Assembly (NCBI GenBank): GCA_029856145.1
Contig: JAHQWK010000030.1
Coordinates: forward strand, 1-64,000
Length of the DNA: 64,000 nucleotides
Origin: Promethearchaeia archaeon
GTDB lineage: Archaea; Asgardarchaeota; Lokiarchaeia; Sigyniarchaeales; SOKP01
Direction: 5' to 3'
The translations under genes and the position numbers were made by a program. Below, one piece after another: positions 1 to 10,662 of the stretch. Under the pieces are notes generated by a model. The model ran no database searches, was not told where the DNA came from, and was given only the letters and a program-made list of their open reading frames with translations. How positions within the stretch are numbered: the first letter of the stretch is position 1; the number at the start of each line of letters is the position of its first letter.

Positions 1-1237
1 TGTTCAGTATTTTATCATCTTCATTTAAATCTTTTTTAACACTTAAGAATTTTCTAGCACCAAGAGTAGGTTTTACAGCCACTTGCTCTGTCTCGGGTTT
101 AGTTTCTATCCTCGGTTTTTCTTTTTCCTCAGAATCTCTTACGATAAAGACTTTCCTCTTTTGTATAGTGTATTGAGATACTTTTTTGAGTTTAGCCAAA
201 AATAACACAGCATTCAAATTAATTGCATTAAAAGGTTCAATTTTAATATATCCCTTTTCAGCGGCGTCTTCCATGATTTCAGTGCCAATACCAGTTCTAG
301 AAAACACGGTATTTTTATTTGCTCCACTCCCAACAGAGCCAATAGAGAGGTCTGCATTTTCAGCAGTCAAATCTGTACAAAAATTGCAACTCGAAGATTT
401 AAACTTATCCAATTGTTTAATAGTGTATGATTTAATTGGTTCTCCCTGTGGAGAATCATATATGTGGAATTTCCCCTTATTAATATCCATTTTTACTACT
501 TTTGATAAATCTATACCTTCTTTCTCAAAGAACGGATAAATAGCCTCAGGTGCAAATGAATCCATACAAAATAGTCCGATTTTAAGAACATGACAACGCA
601 TAAAATATTTCAACATCCCGGTTGGGCTGTCGAACATTTTTGCAACCGCATCTATATTACATGGAGTTCCAACAAATGCAATCGACCTAAAATCTTGTCT
701 AACCGCATCCATAAGAGCTTCGACTGTTTGAGAGTGACAATAAATCGACCCTGAAGATTTTATAGCATCATCTTTGCTTGTAATTATTTGAGCAACTGGA
801 TGCCAAGGGTTTTTTGGGTTCTTCATGGTGACCACTGCTGCGTCAATTAGATGTTCATCGAATAGATAACATAATAAGCTCGTTACTGTTCCACCATCTT
901 GCCCACCAATAACCTCAGGTATACTAGTATTCGACACATAACCTGTTCTAAAATCTCCCATGAGTTGATAAGGATCTGTAATCGTTCTTGGACATTGATT
1001 ATAGCAAATCCCACACCCGGTACATTTACCAACTAACTTCGGTTGTCCTACGAGATGATCCCATTCTAGAACAGCACAGACCGCTGCGCATGTACCGCAC
1101 TCAGTACAGATCCCAGTTCGTACGATCTCTTTCATCAGCATGCCGAACGAATCCTTTGAGCCTTGGAGCTTCTTCTGAATATATTCAAAAGAATATTCAT
1201 ATGGCGTTTCGGATTTATCTGATTTATCTTCAGTCAT
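1..1237 (-). CDS. F420 hydrogenase/dehydrogenase beta subunit (FrhB/FdhB family) with 2x[4Fe-4S]; 3' end runs off the window
   Basis: Absent from the ORF track because it has no stop in the window. Manual translation from ATG 1237 gives MTEDKSDK..., CTECGTCAAVC, CTGCGICYNQCP, QDGGTVTSLL, VGTPC, IGLFCMDSF and CNFCTDLTAENADLSIGSVGS. Confidence 0.9.
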   Translation of the reverse strand, partial: MTEDKSDKSETPYEYSFEYIQKKLQGSKDSFGMLMKEIVRTGICTECGTCAAVCAVLEWDHLVGQPKLVGKCTGCGICYNQCPRTITDPYQLMGDFRTGYVSNTSIPEVIGGQDGGTVTSLLCYLFDEHLIDAAVVTMKNPKNPWHPVAQIITSKDDAIKSSGSIYCHSQTVEALMDAVRQDFRSIAFVGTPCNIDAVAKMFDSPTGMLKYFMRCHVLKIGLFCMDSFAPEAIYPFFEKEGIDLSKVVKMDINKGKFHIYDSPQGEPIKSYTIKQLDKFKSSSCNFCTDLTAENADLSIGSVGSGANKNTVFSRTGIGTEIMEDAAEKGYIKIEPFNAINLNAVLFLAKLKKVSQYTIQKRKVFIVRDSEEKEKPRIETKPETEQVAVKPTLGARKFLSVKKDLNEDDKILN

Positions 1238-1396
1238 GATTTTTTATTGAAACACTAAATTGATTATTAAATATTTGAAAGTTCCAATTAATAAAATAGG
1301 CTTTGTAAAAAAAATATTATTAAATTGAGGAAAAATAAACTAGCTCTTTTTGAAAAATAAGTCAAAAAAGTTAAATCATAACTTCTGCCAAATGCA

Positions 1397-2995
1397 CTAA
1401 GAATTTTCTAATTCAAGTCTTTCCTCAATTTTCTTAATCGCATTTGATGCATAAATTCGCACAACTCTGTGGAAATCATTAACCCTTTTGATTAATGCAT
1501 TAAGAGCTGGCTCTCCACCAAAACTTTCTAATAGTTTGATTAAACTAAGTTTTACTTTATAGTTTTCACTTTCTCTTGTTCGTAAGAAATCTGCAAGAAT
1601 TGCACTATTTTTATTTAATATTCTAGTTATCTCTTGCTCACTATCTTTTACCCTATACCAATTTCTTTGAAAGATATTATACATAGCATCAGTAGCAACT
1701 TTTTTAATTAACCAGTAAGATTTTTCATCTTGCAGGATTTTAAATAAATCTTCTAAAGCTTCGATACTCCCGATTTTTCCCAAGGCTATTATAGTATTTT
1801 TTTTTACATCTAAATTCCTTATTTTTAATAAATCTATTAATGGCCCTATAGATTCTTCGTTACCTATCTCACCTAAAATAAAGGCAATGCTTTCTTTAAT
1901 TGTATTATTATCTTTAGCTAAAGATGAATATAAGTAATCAAAGGAAGCCTTTTTATTACTTATATAAACCTTTTTTATCGCATCTAAAATATAGAGCTTC
2001 ATATCTAAATCGGTATACTCGAAACTTATATCTTCGATATCTAGGATGTCAATAAGCTCTGGTATTGCGGACAAATCTCCAATTTCACCTAAGGCTTCAA
2101 TTGCCGCTATACTTACTTCATTATAAATATTATCCAAATTAGAAATCAATAAATCTACAGCATCTTTAAGTTTTAATCTCCCGCATAATACAACGGCATT
2201 TTTCTTAACAATAAAATCATCACGTAGCAATAATTTAAGAAGGTCTTTCTTAACCTCCTTTTCTAATAATTTTAAAATTGAAATCGCTGAATCAATTAAA
2301 CTGGAATCTTCTTCTTTTAAAATTTGGGTAAGAACTTCTAATATAACATCTTTATTTTGTATTAAATCAGATAAAATTTCTGGATATTTTATTTTAATAT
2401 AGCTTACATCTTCGAAAGAAACGTTTATACTCGAAATTTCATATCCAATTAATTTTATCAATTCAACTTTATGATTATTAGAAAACTTCTTGTTTTTTAA
2501 CGAATCTAATAGCAAATTGATGAGTCTTTCTGGACTTAAACTTAATAATTGAATTGATACATATTCCTTAATTGAATTATAGCTATTATCTAATTCATTA
2601 ATAAATAGTTTTATTTCAGGATCTTCAAATCTCGTTTTTCTTATGGCTTTTAAAACTGAGTTTTTGATATTATAATCAGTAAGTCCTTGTTCCAATACCC
2701 ATTTTAATGGCTTCAACGCTTTTTGATGTTTTATCCTCCCTAATGCTTTTGCTGCTTCACACTTAATCTCAATTATATCGTCAGAAATTAATAGATTCTC
2801 AAATGTTTCAAAACACTCATTCTTTAATTTTATTGAATTACTACTGACTAATCCTAAATATTTAATTGCTTCTCTTCGTTTATTATTATCTTTTTCTTTT
2901 TCGATAATTTCAGTTAGCATATTAGCTGAATTTTCTAATCCAAACTCTTCACTTCTCTGATATATTTCACGAGGCTGAATTTTTACTTTTAGCAT
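1397..2995 (-). CDS. HEAT/PBS-lyase repeat protein
   Basis: Repeated helical units such as AAKALGRI, AIEALGEIGD, IAFILGEIGN and IIALGKIGS. Confidence 0.85.
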   Translation of the reverse strand: MLKVKIQPREIYQRSEEFGLENSANMLTEIIEKEKDNNKRREAIKYLGLVSSNSIKLKNECFETFENLLISDDIIEIKCEAAKALGRIKHQKALKPLKWVLEQGLTDYNIKNSVLKAIRKTRFEDPEIKLFINELDNSYNSIKEYVSIQLLSLSPERLINLLLDSLKNKKFSNNHKVELIKLIGYEISSINVSFEDVSYIKIKYPEILSDLIQNKDVILEVLTQILKEEDSSLIDSAISILKLLEKEVKKDLLKLLLRDDFIVKKNAVVLCGRLKLKDAVDLLISNLDNIYNEVSIAAIEALGEIGDLSAIPELIDILDIEDISFEYTDLDMKLYILDAIKKVYISNKKASFDYLYSSLAKDNNTIKESIAFILGEIGNEESIGPLIDLLKIRNLDVKKNTIIALGKIGSIEALEDLFKILQDEKSYWLIKKVATDAMYNIFQRNWYRVKDSEQEITRILNKNSAILADFLRTRESENYKVKLSLIKLLESFGGEPALNALIKRVNDFHRVVRIYASNAIKKIEERLELENS

Positions 2996-3286
2996 AACCT
3001 ATTACTTAAAACATGCTTTTTTAAAATAAAACTAATTTTCTGATTAATTATCAATTATTGATCACTAATTATAAAAATATTACTAGATCCAAACATAACG
3101 CTAGTAATGACATACCAAGACTAGTAAAAATAATCGAAATTGATAAGCCCTTAAGAAGAAAATTACGGATCGCTACTATATTCTAAATTTATCTCATACT
3201 GAAAGGGAAATTTTTTATAACCTTCTGAGATTTTTAATAACCTTTTATCAAATATATTTTAATAAAAATAGATAATAAACACTACT

Positions 3287-4006
3287 ATGACAGTACGTCA
3301 ATCAATTAATAAGGCTAGAGCTAAGTTTTACAATGTAGTAACAAATTACAAATTTGTTAAGAAAATTTCTCTTTTTGTTATATCAGTTTATCTTTCTCTC
3401 CTTTTAATTGCGGTAGTAATCGCAGCAATATGGGGTCCTTATGGATATAAGATTTGGACACGTATGATTTCAGACTTAGGAGGAAGTAATTATACTCCTG
3501 TACCAATCTTATTTGATATCGCATGTGTATTTGCAGGAATCCTGACCATCCCATTAACATTTTATATTGAAAATCTATTTGCACCATTACCAAAAAGGAA
3601 AAATTTAAGAGAGCAACATTTCTCTCGTTTGAGATTTAGACTAGGGAGTAATGCATTTTTCTTTAGCTTAATGGGAAACATTGGTTATATTTTTGTGGGG
3701 ATTTTTAGCGAAGATCGGAATTATCCATTATTAGATTTCGCTAGTTATCATGATGTATTCTCCTTTTTCTCATTCACAGGATTTGCGTTTGGAGCCTTCT
3801 TCATTGGATGGATAATTGTACTTTATGATACTAATATACCAAAATTATTTGGAATTTATGGGATAATAGGACCTCCTAGTATGCTATTCGCTTTCCTCTT
3901 TACGATGGAAGCATTATGGGAATGGATATTATTATTCTCGATTCTTCTGTGGATAATACCACTTGTATTTATGATAATGCGGAAACCAGAATTAAGACCA
4001 ATATAA
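3287..4006 (+). CDS. Multi-pass membrane protein (DUF998/Frag1-like), paralog 1
   Basis: About 6 hydrophobic segments, ISDLG and GIFS motifs, similar to the next gene. Confidence 0.7.
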   Translation: MTVRQSINKARAKFYNVVTNYKFVKKISLFVISVYLSLLLIAVVIAAIWGPYGYKIWTRMISDLGGSNYTPVPILFDIACVFAGILTIPLTFYIENLFAPLPKRKNLREQHFSRLRFRLGSNAFFFSLMGNIGYIFVGIFSEDRNYPLLDFASYHDVFSFFSFTGFAFGAFFIGWIIVLYDTNIPKLFGIYGIIGPPSMLFAFLFTMEALWEWILLFSILLWIIPLVFMIMRKPELRPI

Positions 4007-4119
4007 AAAATATTAAATCTCTTTTTTTTATAAAACGCTTTTTTTTACTGAAAAAAAATATCTAAAATATAATCATATTTATATTGGCTTAAATTGAATA
4101 TGATTAATAAAAATCGAAA

Positions 4120-4875
4120 ATGAACATTAAAATGACAGTACGCGAATCAATAAATAAAGTTAGGGCAAAAATGTACAAATTCGCAACAAATTTTAATGTT
4201 GTGAAAATCTGTGCAATGGGTGTTATGTTCGGATATATACTATTACTCATAATTGGGGTTATCGTAGCAGCACTACTTGATCCAGATGGATATACTATTT
4301 GGGAGAACTGGATTTCCGATCTTGGTTCAATTAATGACACTCCCGCTCCAATCTTATATGATATAGCATGTATTGTAGCAGGTTCTATGACTATTCCACT
4401 TACATACTATATGGAGAAATTACTTGCTCCATTGCCGAAGAGAACTAAAATGAGAGGAGAGCATTATTCTCGATTGCGTTTTCGATTAAGCAGTTTTGCA
4501 TTCTTCTTTAGTATTATTGGGAATTTTGGCTATATTGGGGTAGGAATCTTTAGTGCGGATCGTGATTATGATTTCTTATCAGTTTTAGGAATGGGACCAC
4601 ACGGTCTTATGTCATATCTCGCTTTTGGTGGTTTTACTTTTGGAGCTTTCTTTATGGGCTGGTTAATTATTTTATACGATACGAAAATACCAAAAATTTT
4701 GGGAATCTATGGAATATTTGGGCCATTAATTGTTGCTATTTTGAATTTAATAGATAGTACTCCATTTTTGGAATGGATGCTACTTTTCTCAATATTGATC
4801 TGGGTAATCCCTCTTTCACTTATTGTACTAATGAAACCGGAGTTAATCCCTAAGAGAACAGAAATAAAAAAATAA
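4120..4875 (+). CDS. Multi-pass membrane protein (DUF998/Frag1-like), paralog 2
   Basis: Tandem paralog of 3287-4006 (MTVR.SINK.RAK, ISDLG, SRLRFRL, EW.LLFSIL.W). Confidence 0.7.
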   Translation: MNIKMTVRESINKVRAKMYKFATNFNVVKICAMGVMFGYILLLIIGVIVAALLDPDGYTIWENWISDLGSINDTPAPILYDIACIVAGSMTIPLTYYMEKLLAPLPKRTKMRGEHYSRLRFRLSSFAFFFSIIGNFGYIGVGIFSADRDYDFLSVLGMGPHGLMSYLAFGGFTFGAFFMGWLIILYDTKIPKILGIYGIFGPLIVAILNLIDSTPFLEWMLLFSILIWVIPLSLIVLMKPELIPKRTEIKK

Positions 4876-4948
4876 ATCTTAACATTTATTAATTTTATTT
4901 TTTTTTATAGATATGAGTTAAATTCTATTATTTTTTGATGAATCCAAG

Positions 4949-5860
4949 ATGGTAAGATTCTGTACGAATTGTGGAAGTCCTTTAGAAGAAGATACTAAAT
5001 TTTGCGTCAAATGTGGTAGCTCTATTCCCAAAGATGTTTTGAAAAGAAGTGAGACAACTAAAGATGAAATTAGCCCCTCTAAAAAAAAGATAAAATATGC
5101 TCTTAGTTCTACGCAACGCAATATCTTTTTACTAAGAGTTTTACCAACAATATTAGCAGGTTCAATAATTTGGTTAATTAGTGAAATAATATTTAGTTCA
5201 ATCTTTATAGAAATTGAATTTAATGAGATATTTTTAGCTTTTTACATTAGTATGATCATAATTGAAGCACTTTTATTTACTTCACTATATTTTATGTCTA
5301 AAAATAATAAAACGTATATAGCTCTACTTATCTTCTTTTTGTTTAGTTTTATCGCAGGTATTCTTAGTCTCCCTATAATAATGATGACAGAATTTTTACT
5401 TCAAGTTCATATGTTTGTGAGCCTTTCTGTTGGAGCCTTATTAATCATTTGTTTTATTGGATTAATATTAAGAGATAATTATTTTGGGAAAGGATATATA
5501 TGGGCTCATATTGTCCTATTCTTAATTGGTACAGCCTTAGTAGAAATTGTTTTTATTTTAATTTTTGATATACATAATTTTCTATTAACCATTTCACTTT
5601 CTTTAGCATACATACCAATTGTAGCACTTACAACCATGTTTTACGGCTCTAAGGTTGTGCAGAAAAATGAAAAAAAGCCTTGGATGTTAATTTTTTATAG
5701 AATAGAAGGGATATTACTCCTTTCTTTAATCATAGCCGCTGTTATTGCTGCTATAGTACTTGTTCTTGTAGGAATCGGTATTGCTTGCGGTGGTTCGGAT
5801 TTTGATCTCTCAGGATTAGGAGGAGGAGGCTCCAAAAGGAAAAAAAAGAAAAGCAATTAG
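4949..5860 (+). CDS. Zinc-ribbon domain plus ~7-TM membrane protein
   Basis: FCTNCG...FCVKCG N-terminus, multiple TM helices and a basic C-terminal tail. Confidence 0.7.
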   Translation: MVRFCTNCGSPLEEDTKFCVKCGSSIPKDVLKRSETTKDEISPSKKKIKYALSSTQRNIFLLRVLPTILAGSIIWLISEIIFSSIFIEIEFNEIFLAFYISMIIIEALLFTSLYFMSKNNKTYIALLIFFLFSFIAGILSLPIIMMTEFLLQVHMFVSLSVGALLIICFIGLILRDNYFGKGYIWAHIVLFLIGTALVEIVFILIFDIHNFLLTISLSLAYIPIVALTTMFYGSKVVQKNEKKPWMLIFYRIEGILLLSLIIAAVIAAIVLVLVGIGIACGGSDFDLSGLGGGGSKRKKKKSN

Positions 5861-5936
5861 AATTGAACGACTCATCAACCAATCTCTGTTAGATTTATCT
5901 TTATTGTAAAAGGATCTTTTAAATTTTAAATTAATC

Positions 5937-6617
5937 TTAATTATATTTTCCAAAGAAAAACTCCATTGCTGTATTTTCTGCTTTCTTTAAAAGCTTGTTA
6001 ACAGCGGAAACTGAAATTCCAAAATATTCTGCTATTTTAGATGCACTAATTTTTTTTGGTGATTGAAAATAACCCTTTTTAGCCGCATAATTGGCTATAT
6101 CTTTCTGACGTTTTGTAAATTCTGGAAATGGCATTGCAGATCTCCAGAGTGTGTTATCAAATTTATCTAATTTATCTACATCTGTCATCCCTATGATTTT
6201 ATAGTTTTTTGTAAATGATGAAATTATTTTAAATAATTTATCAATATATTCATTTTGAGAAATAATATTTATTAATAATACCTGTTGAGAGATGTGGATT
6301 GGGAATAAGAGAGCCCAAGGTCCTGAATCAAATATAGGAAAAAATCCCGATGATTTACTTTGATTCATAATGCATATTATCTCTTTACCAGATTGAGCTA
6401 AAAGTTGAAATGCTTGTGGTTGAAAATATTTTCGTATATATTTATCAATTTCCCCAAGTACTTCATGTTTAAATCTAATTTTTTGTAAAGCAAAAAAATG
6501 CTTCTGATCATATTGAAATGCATTTAATATTTCTACAAAATCCAATTCTTGAAACAAATCAGCAAACCCAATATGCTCAAGAAAATTACCCGGGATTTGC
6601 AATCGTATAATTTTCAT
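5937..6617 (-). CDS. HTH_10 (bacterio-opsin activator-type) transcriptional regulator
   Basis: C-terminal FTKRQKDIANYAAKKGYFQSPKKISASKIAEYFGISVSAVNKLLKKAE. Confidence 0.8.
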   Translation of the reverse strand: MKIIRLQIPGNFLEHIGFADLFQELDFVEILNAFQYDQKHFFALQKIRFKHEVLGEIDKYIRKYFQPQAFQLLAQSGKEIICIMNQSKSSGFFPIFDSGPWALLFPIHISQQVLLINIISQNEYIDKLFKIISSFTKNYKIIGMTDVDKLDKFDNTLWRSAMPFPEFTKRQKDIANYAAKKGYFQSPKKISASKIAEYFGISVSAVNKLLKKAENTAMEFFFGKYN

Positions 6618-6680
6618 TATAAGTTTATTCTTTCAAATTGATTCACTTTATATTTATATAAGTCCTTATACATTATTATA

Positions 6681-6696
6681 GGTTGCGATCACAACC
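6681..6696. promoter_or_regulatory. Imperfect palindrome GGTTGCGATCACAACC, candidate operator of the HTH_10 regulator
   Basis: GC-rich 16-bp inverted repeat in the AT-rich divergent region, about 10 nt upstream of a TATA-like ATATAAAT. Confidence 0.5.
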
Positions 6697-6852
6697 CTAG
6701 AACATAAATATAAATTCTTTTATTACTTTATTAAGGGTCAATAATAATTTCTACCAGAAGAATAAAAGTTGGCCATATAAGAGTACATCTACTATATTCA
6801 TTAATGTTCAACGTTAATCTACTAGTTAATTTTAGAATAAAAGGTGATAAGG

Positions 6853-7839
6853 ATGAAGGTTTTGCTTACGGGTGCATTTGGTAATGTTGGATTAAGTACG
6901 TTAAAAGAACTCATTAAAAGAAATCATGAAATTCGAGTATTTGATATTAGAACCAAAAAAAATAAAAGACTCGCAAACAAATACAAAAGAGACATTGAAA
7001 TCGTTTGGGGCGATTTAAGAAACTATAGCGATGTAGAAAAAGCTGTTTCTGATAGAGAAGTAGTTATACATGTTGCTGCGATTATTCCTCCTCTTGCCGA
7101 TAAAAAACCAAAGTTCGCAGAATCTGTAAATGTTGGAGGAGCAGCTAATATTATTGAAGCGATGGAAAATCAGCCTAAAAAACCAAAACTTATTTTTACA
7201 TCTTCAGTTGCAGTCTATGGAGATAGACTTGAACACCCTTTGATAAGGCCTGAAGAGTTACCAAATCCAAATCCAGATGATGAGTATGCTAAGCAGAAAA
7301 TAAAATGCGAAGAATTAATTAAAAATTCTCACTTAGAATGGGCAATCTTTCGGTTAACCTATATCGTCTCATTAAATAAATTAAAAATGGATCCACTTAT
7401 GTTTGAAATGCCCCTTAATACTTGTATCGAAATTTGTGATACAAATGATGTTGGTCTCGCACTCGCGAATGCTGTAGAAAATGCTGAGATCTGGGGAGAA
7501 ATAATGCATATAGCCGGAGGAGAACGATGTCGGATTTCATATAGGGAATATCTTAATGAAATGTTAAATATTTTTGGTATTGGTTTTAAAGAATTACCTG
7601 AAGAAGCTTTCAGGCGAGATAGGGGATTTCATTGTGGTTTTATGACAACAGATAAAAGTCAAACACTTCTGAATTATCAAAGATATACTCTCGATAATTA
7701 TTTCAATGCGGTGAGAAAAAAAGTCGCTTTTTCAAGGATCTTTACTACGATGTTCAAGGCACTCGCTCAAAAATACCTTTTAAATAAATCTAATTATTAC
7801 AAAGAACATTTAAATAGCAATTCTCCCGGATCTCTATAA
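6853..7839 (+). CDS. NAD(P)-dependent epimerase/dehydratase (extended SDR)
   Basis: TGAFGNVG, HVAA, SSVAVYG and YAKQK motifs. SD AGGTGA precedes ATG 6853. Confidence 0.9.
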   Translation: MKVLLTGAFGNVGLSTLKELIKRNHEIRVFDIRTKKNKRLANKYKRDIEIVWGDLRNYSDVEKAVSDREVVIHVAAIIPPLADKKPKFAESVNVGGAANIIEAMENQPKKPKLIFTSSVAVYGDRLEHPLIRPEELPNPNPDDEYAKQKIKCEELIKNSHLEWAIFRLTYIVSLNKLKMDPLMFEMPLNTCIEICDTNDVGLALANAVENAEIWGEIMHIAGGERCRISYREYLNEMLNIFGIGFKELPEEAFRRDRGFHCGFMTTDKSQTLLNYQRYTLDNYFNAVRKKVAFSRIFTTMFKALAQKYLLNKSNYYKEHLNSNSPGSL

Positions 7840-8253
7840 TTTAATTGAAAACTTTTAAAAATAAGTCGAATGAAAAAATGTGCGAAACCATATTAGAAAA
7901 ATTAAAACTTAGAAAAGCGGAATGGTTATTAAAATTTAATTCTATACCTAGAGAAATCATTATCATAAATTCTCACATTTTTGTTTAAATTTTTTCATGA
8001 AAATATGCAAAAATGATCAATTCTCCCTTTCTTTCTTAATGCTTATCGAAATTTCTTGTTCTTAAACTTTCATTAAGATAAAATTTGTTTTGAATCTATA
8101 ATCATAATCTAAAATTTTGCTTACATAGATAAATAGTAAGAAATAAAAATATTAAAAAGAATAAAATCTAAAAGATATAATATTAATTAATGTTATTAAA
8201 TTAAGATTCTACAATCTTGTATAAAAAAATTAGAGGTTGATGTGATAAGAGGA

Positions 8254-10194
8254 ATGGAAAATAAAACTCATCGGATTGGATACTATGCTTGTCAATGAGG
8301 CGTAAATATTAAGACTAAAGTAGGTTGCGATGAATTAGTGGAATATGTGAAAAATCTTGGAGATGAAATCATTATATCAAAGAAAAATTCATTTCTTTGA
8401 ACTGATAATGCTCAAAACGAAATAATTGAGGATATTAACGAAAAGAATTTAAACAGAATTGTGGCATCAGCTTGAACACCGCGCACACACGAGGTGATCT
8501 ACCGAGGGACCATCGCTAAGACAGATTTAAATCCTTATTACTTTCAAATGGTTAATGTACGGGAACATTGTTCTTGGTGTACAGATAGTAAAGAAGAAGC
8601 TACAGAAAAGGCAAAAATCTTAGTGAAAAGTGGTATTGAGAGAGCAAAACTATTGGAGCCAGTTCCTATTAAAACTGTCCCTGTCACTAAAGCTACTTTA
8701 GTTGTAGGAGGTGGAATTGGCGGTATGAATGCAGCTTTGGATCTTGCTAACCAAGGTATTAAAGTCTATCTTGTCGAACAAAAAACTACGATAGGGGGGA
8801 GAATGTCTCAACTTGACAGAACTTTTCCTACAGATGACTGTGCGATATGAATTTGCGGGCCTGTTATGCTCAATATCAATAGAAATGAGAATATTGAATT
8901 ATTAAGCTTTAGCGAAGTAAAGAAAATTGAAGGATATGTGGGTAATTATACTGTTACCATTGAAAAGAAACCACGTTATACAACAGATGAATGTAATGGG
9001 TGTGGAGCTTGTGCTGAAGTGTGTCCAGTTTACACAACAAATTATTTCGACGAAAATTTAGGGGCACGGAGAGCAATTGACATATCATTTGATCAAGCAG
9101 TACCGTTTTTATATGATATAGACAGGAATGCTTGTATAGAATGTTTCTCGTGTGTAGACGCTTGTGAATTAGATGCTATTGATTTTAGTCAAATACCAAA
9201 AGAAGTCAATATTGAAGTTGGGACAGTAATAATAGCAACAGGTTGGGATATTCATGAACCTTATGGTGAATATGGATATGGTGAAATCGAGAATGTTATA
9301 ACTCAAGTTCAACTAGAACGGATTTTAGCTCCAAATGGACCACTTGAAGGCCATGTGCACCGAATTTCAGATGATAAAGAGCCTAAAGAAATTGTTTTTA
9401 TACAGTGCGTGGGAAGTCGAGAAACAGAAAGAACCTATTGTAGTGGTGTATGTTGTATGCTTGCATTAAAAAATGGGCGATTATTACTGGAAGAATTTCC
9501 CGATGCGAACATAACAATCTGTTATATTGATATAAGAACTCCTGAAAAAGGATTTGAAGAATACTATGAACGAGCTAAAGATGCAGGTATTAGAATGATT
9601 CGTGGAAAAGTTGGTGAAATCTCTGAAGATCCTGAAACTAAAAATGTGAAAGTTCGCGTATATTCATCTCTCACAGATAAGATTGTAAAAATTGATGCTG
9701 ATTTAGTTGTTTTATCTACAGCAGCACTCCCTTCAAAAGGTACTGAACAGATTGTAAAAGTATTAAATCTTGATACTAATATGTATGGCTTTCTTACAGA
9801 ATCACATTTCGGTTTAATGCCACAAGAAACAAAGGAAAAAGGAATTTTTATTGCTGGATTTGCTCAGGGACCGAAAAATATTTCTTATTCAGTTTCTCAA
9901 GCTAGAGCTGCGGCTAGTAAAGTTGCTGAGTTAACATCACCAGGAGAAATCGATATAGAACTTATTACTGCGGAGGTGGACAGTGAATTCTGCATTTCTT
10001 GTAGACGATGCGAAAAAGAATGTCCTAAAAATGCCATTAGGATTGAAAAGGATATCGGTGCGTTTATTGATGAAATAAATTGTGACGGATGCGGTATTTG
10101 TGCTACGTGTTGTCCTACTCAAGCAATTGATATCAGATATTATCGAGATCATCAATTATTTGCTGAAATTGATGGTCTTTTAGGAGGTGGTTAA
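8254..10194 (+). CDS. hdrA: Selenocysteine-containing heterodisulfide reductase subunit A (646 aa, 4 Sec: U15, U49, U74, U199)
   Basis: One frame joins ATG 8254 with ORFs 8494-8850 and 8866-10194. In-frame TGA at 8296 (CQUG vs CHCG), 8398 (FLUT vs YTCS), 8473 (SAUTPRTHE vs ASCTPRTHE) and 8848 (DDCAIUI vs NDCAICI), all aligned to Cys of the HdrA paralogs in this window. GGGIGG FAD motif and ferredoxin motifs are intact. Confidence 0.93.
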
Positions 10195-10200
10195 ACAAAC

Positions 10201-10662
10201 ATGAATAATACTTATAATATGATCGTGTTTGCTTGCTTAAAATGAGGATATAGCGCGGCTGATTTAGCTGGGGTTTCCCGATTAAAGTATACTCCTGCGG
10301 TAAAAATTATCAAAGTAAGATGTACCGGTAGAGTTGACATTAAGCACATTTTGTATAGCATTCGTGCGGGAGCTGATGGTGTTATGATTGTCGGTTGAAG
10401 ACCTAATGAATGTCAATTTAAAAACGGTAATTTCACAGCCGAAAGGCATGTTGATTTAGCAAATAGAATCTTAGAATCTAGAGGTTTCGGTAGTCAAAGA
10501 ATAAATATGTATTGGTTAAGTGGAGGAGATGCTGGGAAATTTGTCGAATCTGTCGAGGATGCTTACGAAAAGGTAAAAAAAGCTGGACCAAGTCCACTGA
10601 ACTTAGAACCCGAAGAAATGAAAGTTGATACAAAACAAGTTATAACTACCCCTACAGAATGA
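10201..10662 (+). CDS. mvhD: Selenocysteine-containing MvhD/VhuD [2Fe-2S] subunit (153 aa, 2 Sec: U15, U66)
   Basis: Missed by the ORF track. Translation MNNTYNMIVFACLKUGYSAADLAGVSRLKYTP...VRCTGRVD...GADGVMIVGURPNECQF. TGA 10243 and 10396 align to Cys in CNWCSY and GCHIGDC of the paralogs at 17748 and 30312. Confidence 0.93.

Noticed and set aside
186-1239. Plus-strand ORFs 186-539 and 988-1239
   Set aside because: They are antisense shadows of the minus-strand FrhB gene.
3080-3127. TTACTAG/CTAGTAA short repeats between the HEAT and membrane genes
   Set aside because: Too short in AT-rich DNA and not repeated at other promoters.
8254-10662. hdrA and mvhD as pseudogenes, or a genome-wide UGA reassignment
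   Set aside because: All six interruptions are TGA at Cys columns, with no TAA/TAG or frameshift, and a SECIS follows. TGA still ends ordinary genes (for example at 33995, 41265 and 54608), and Trp is encoded by TGG.
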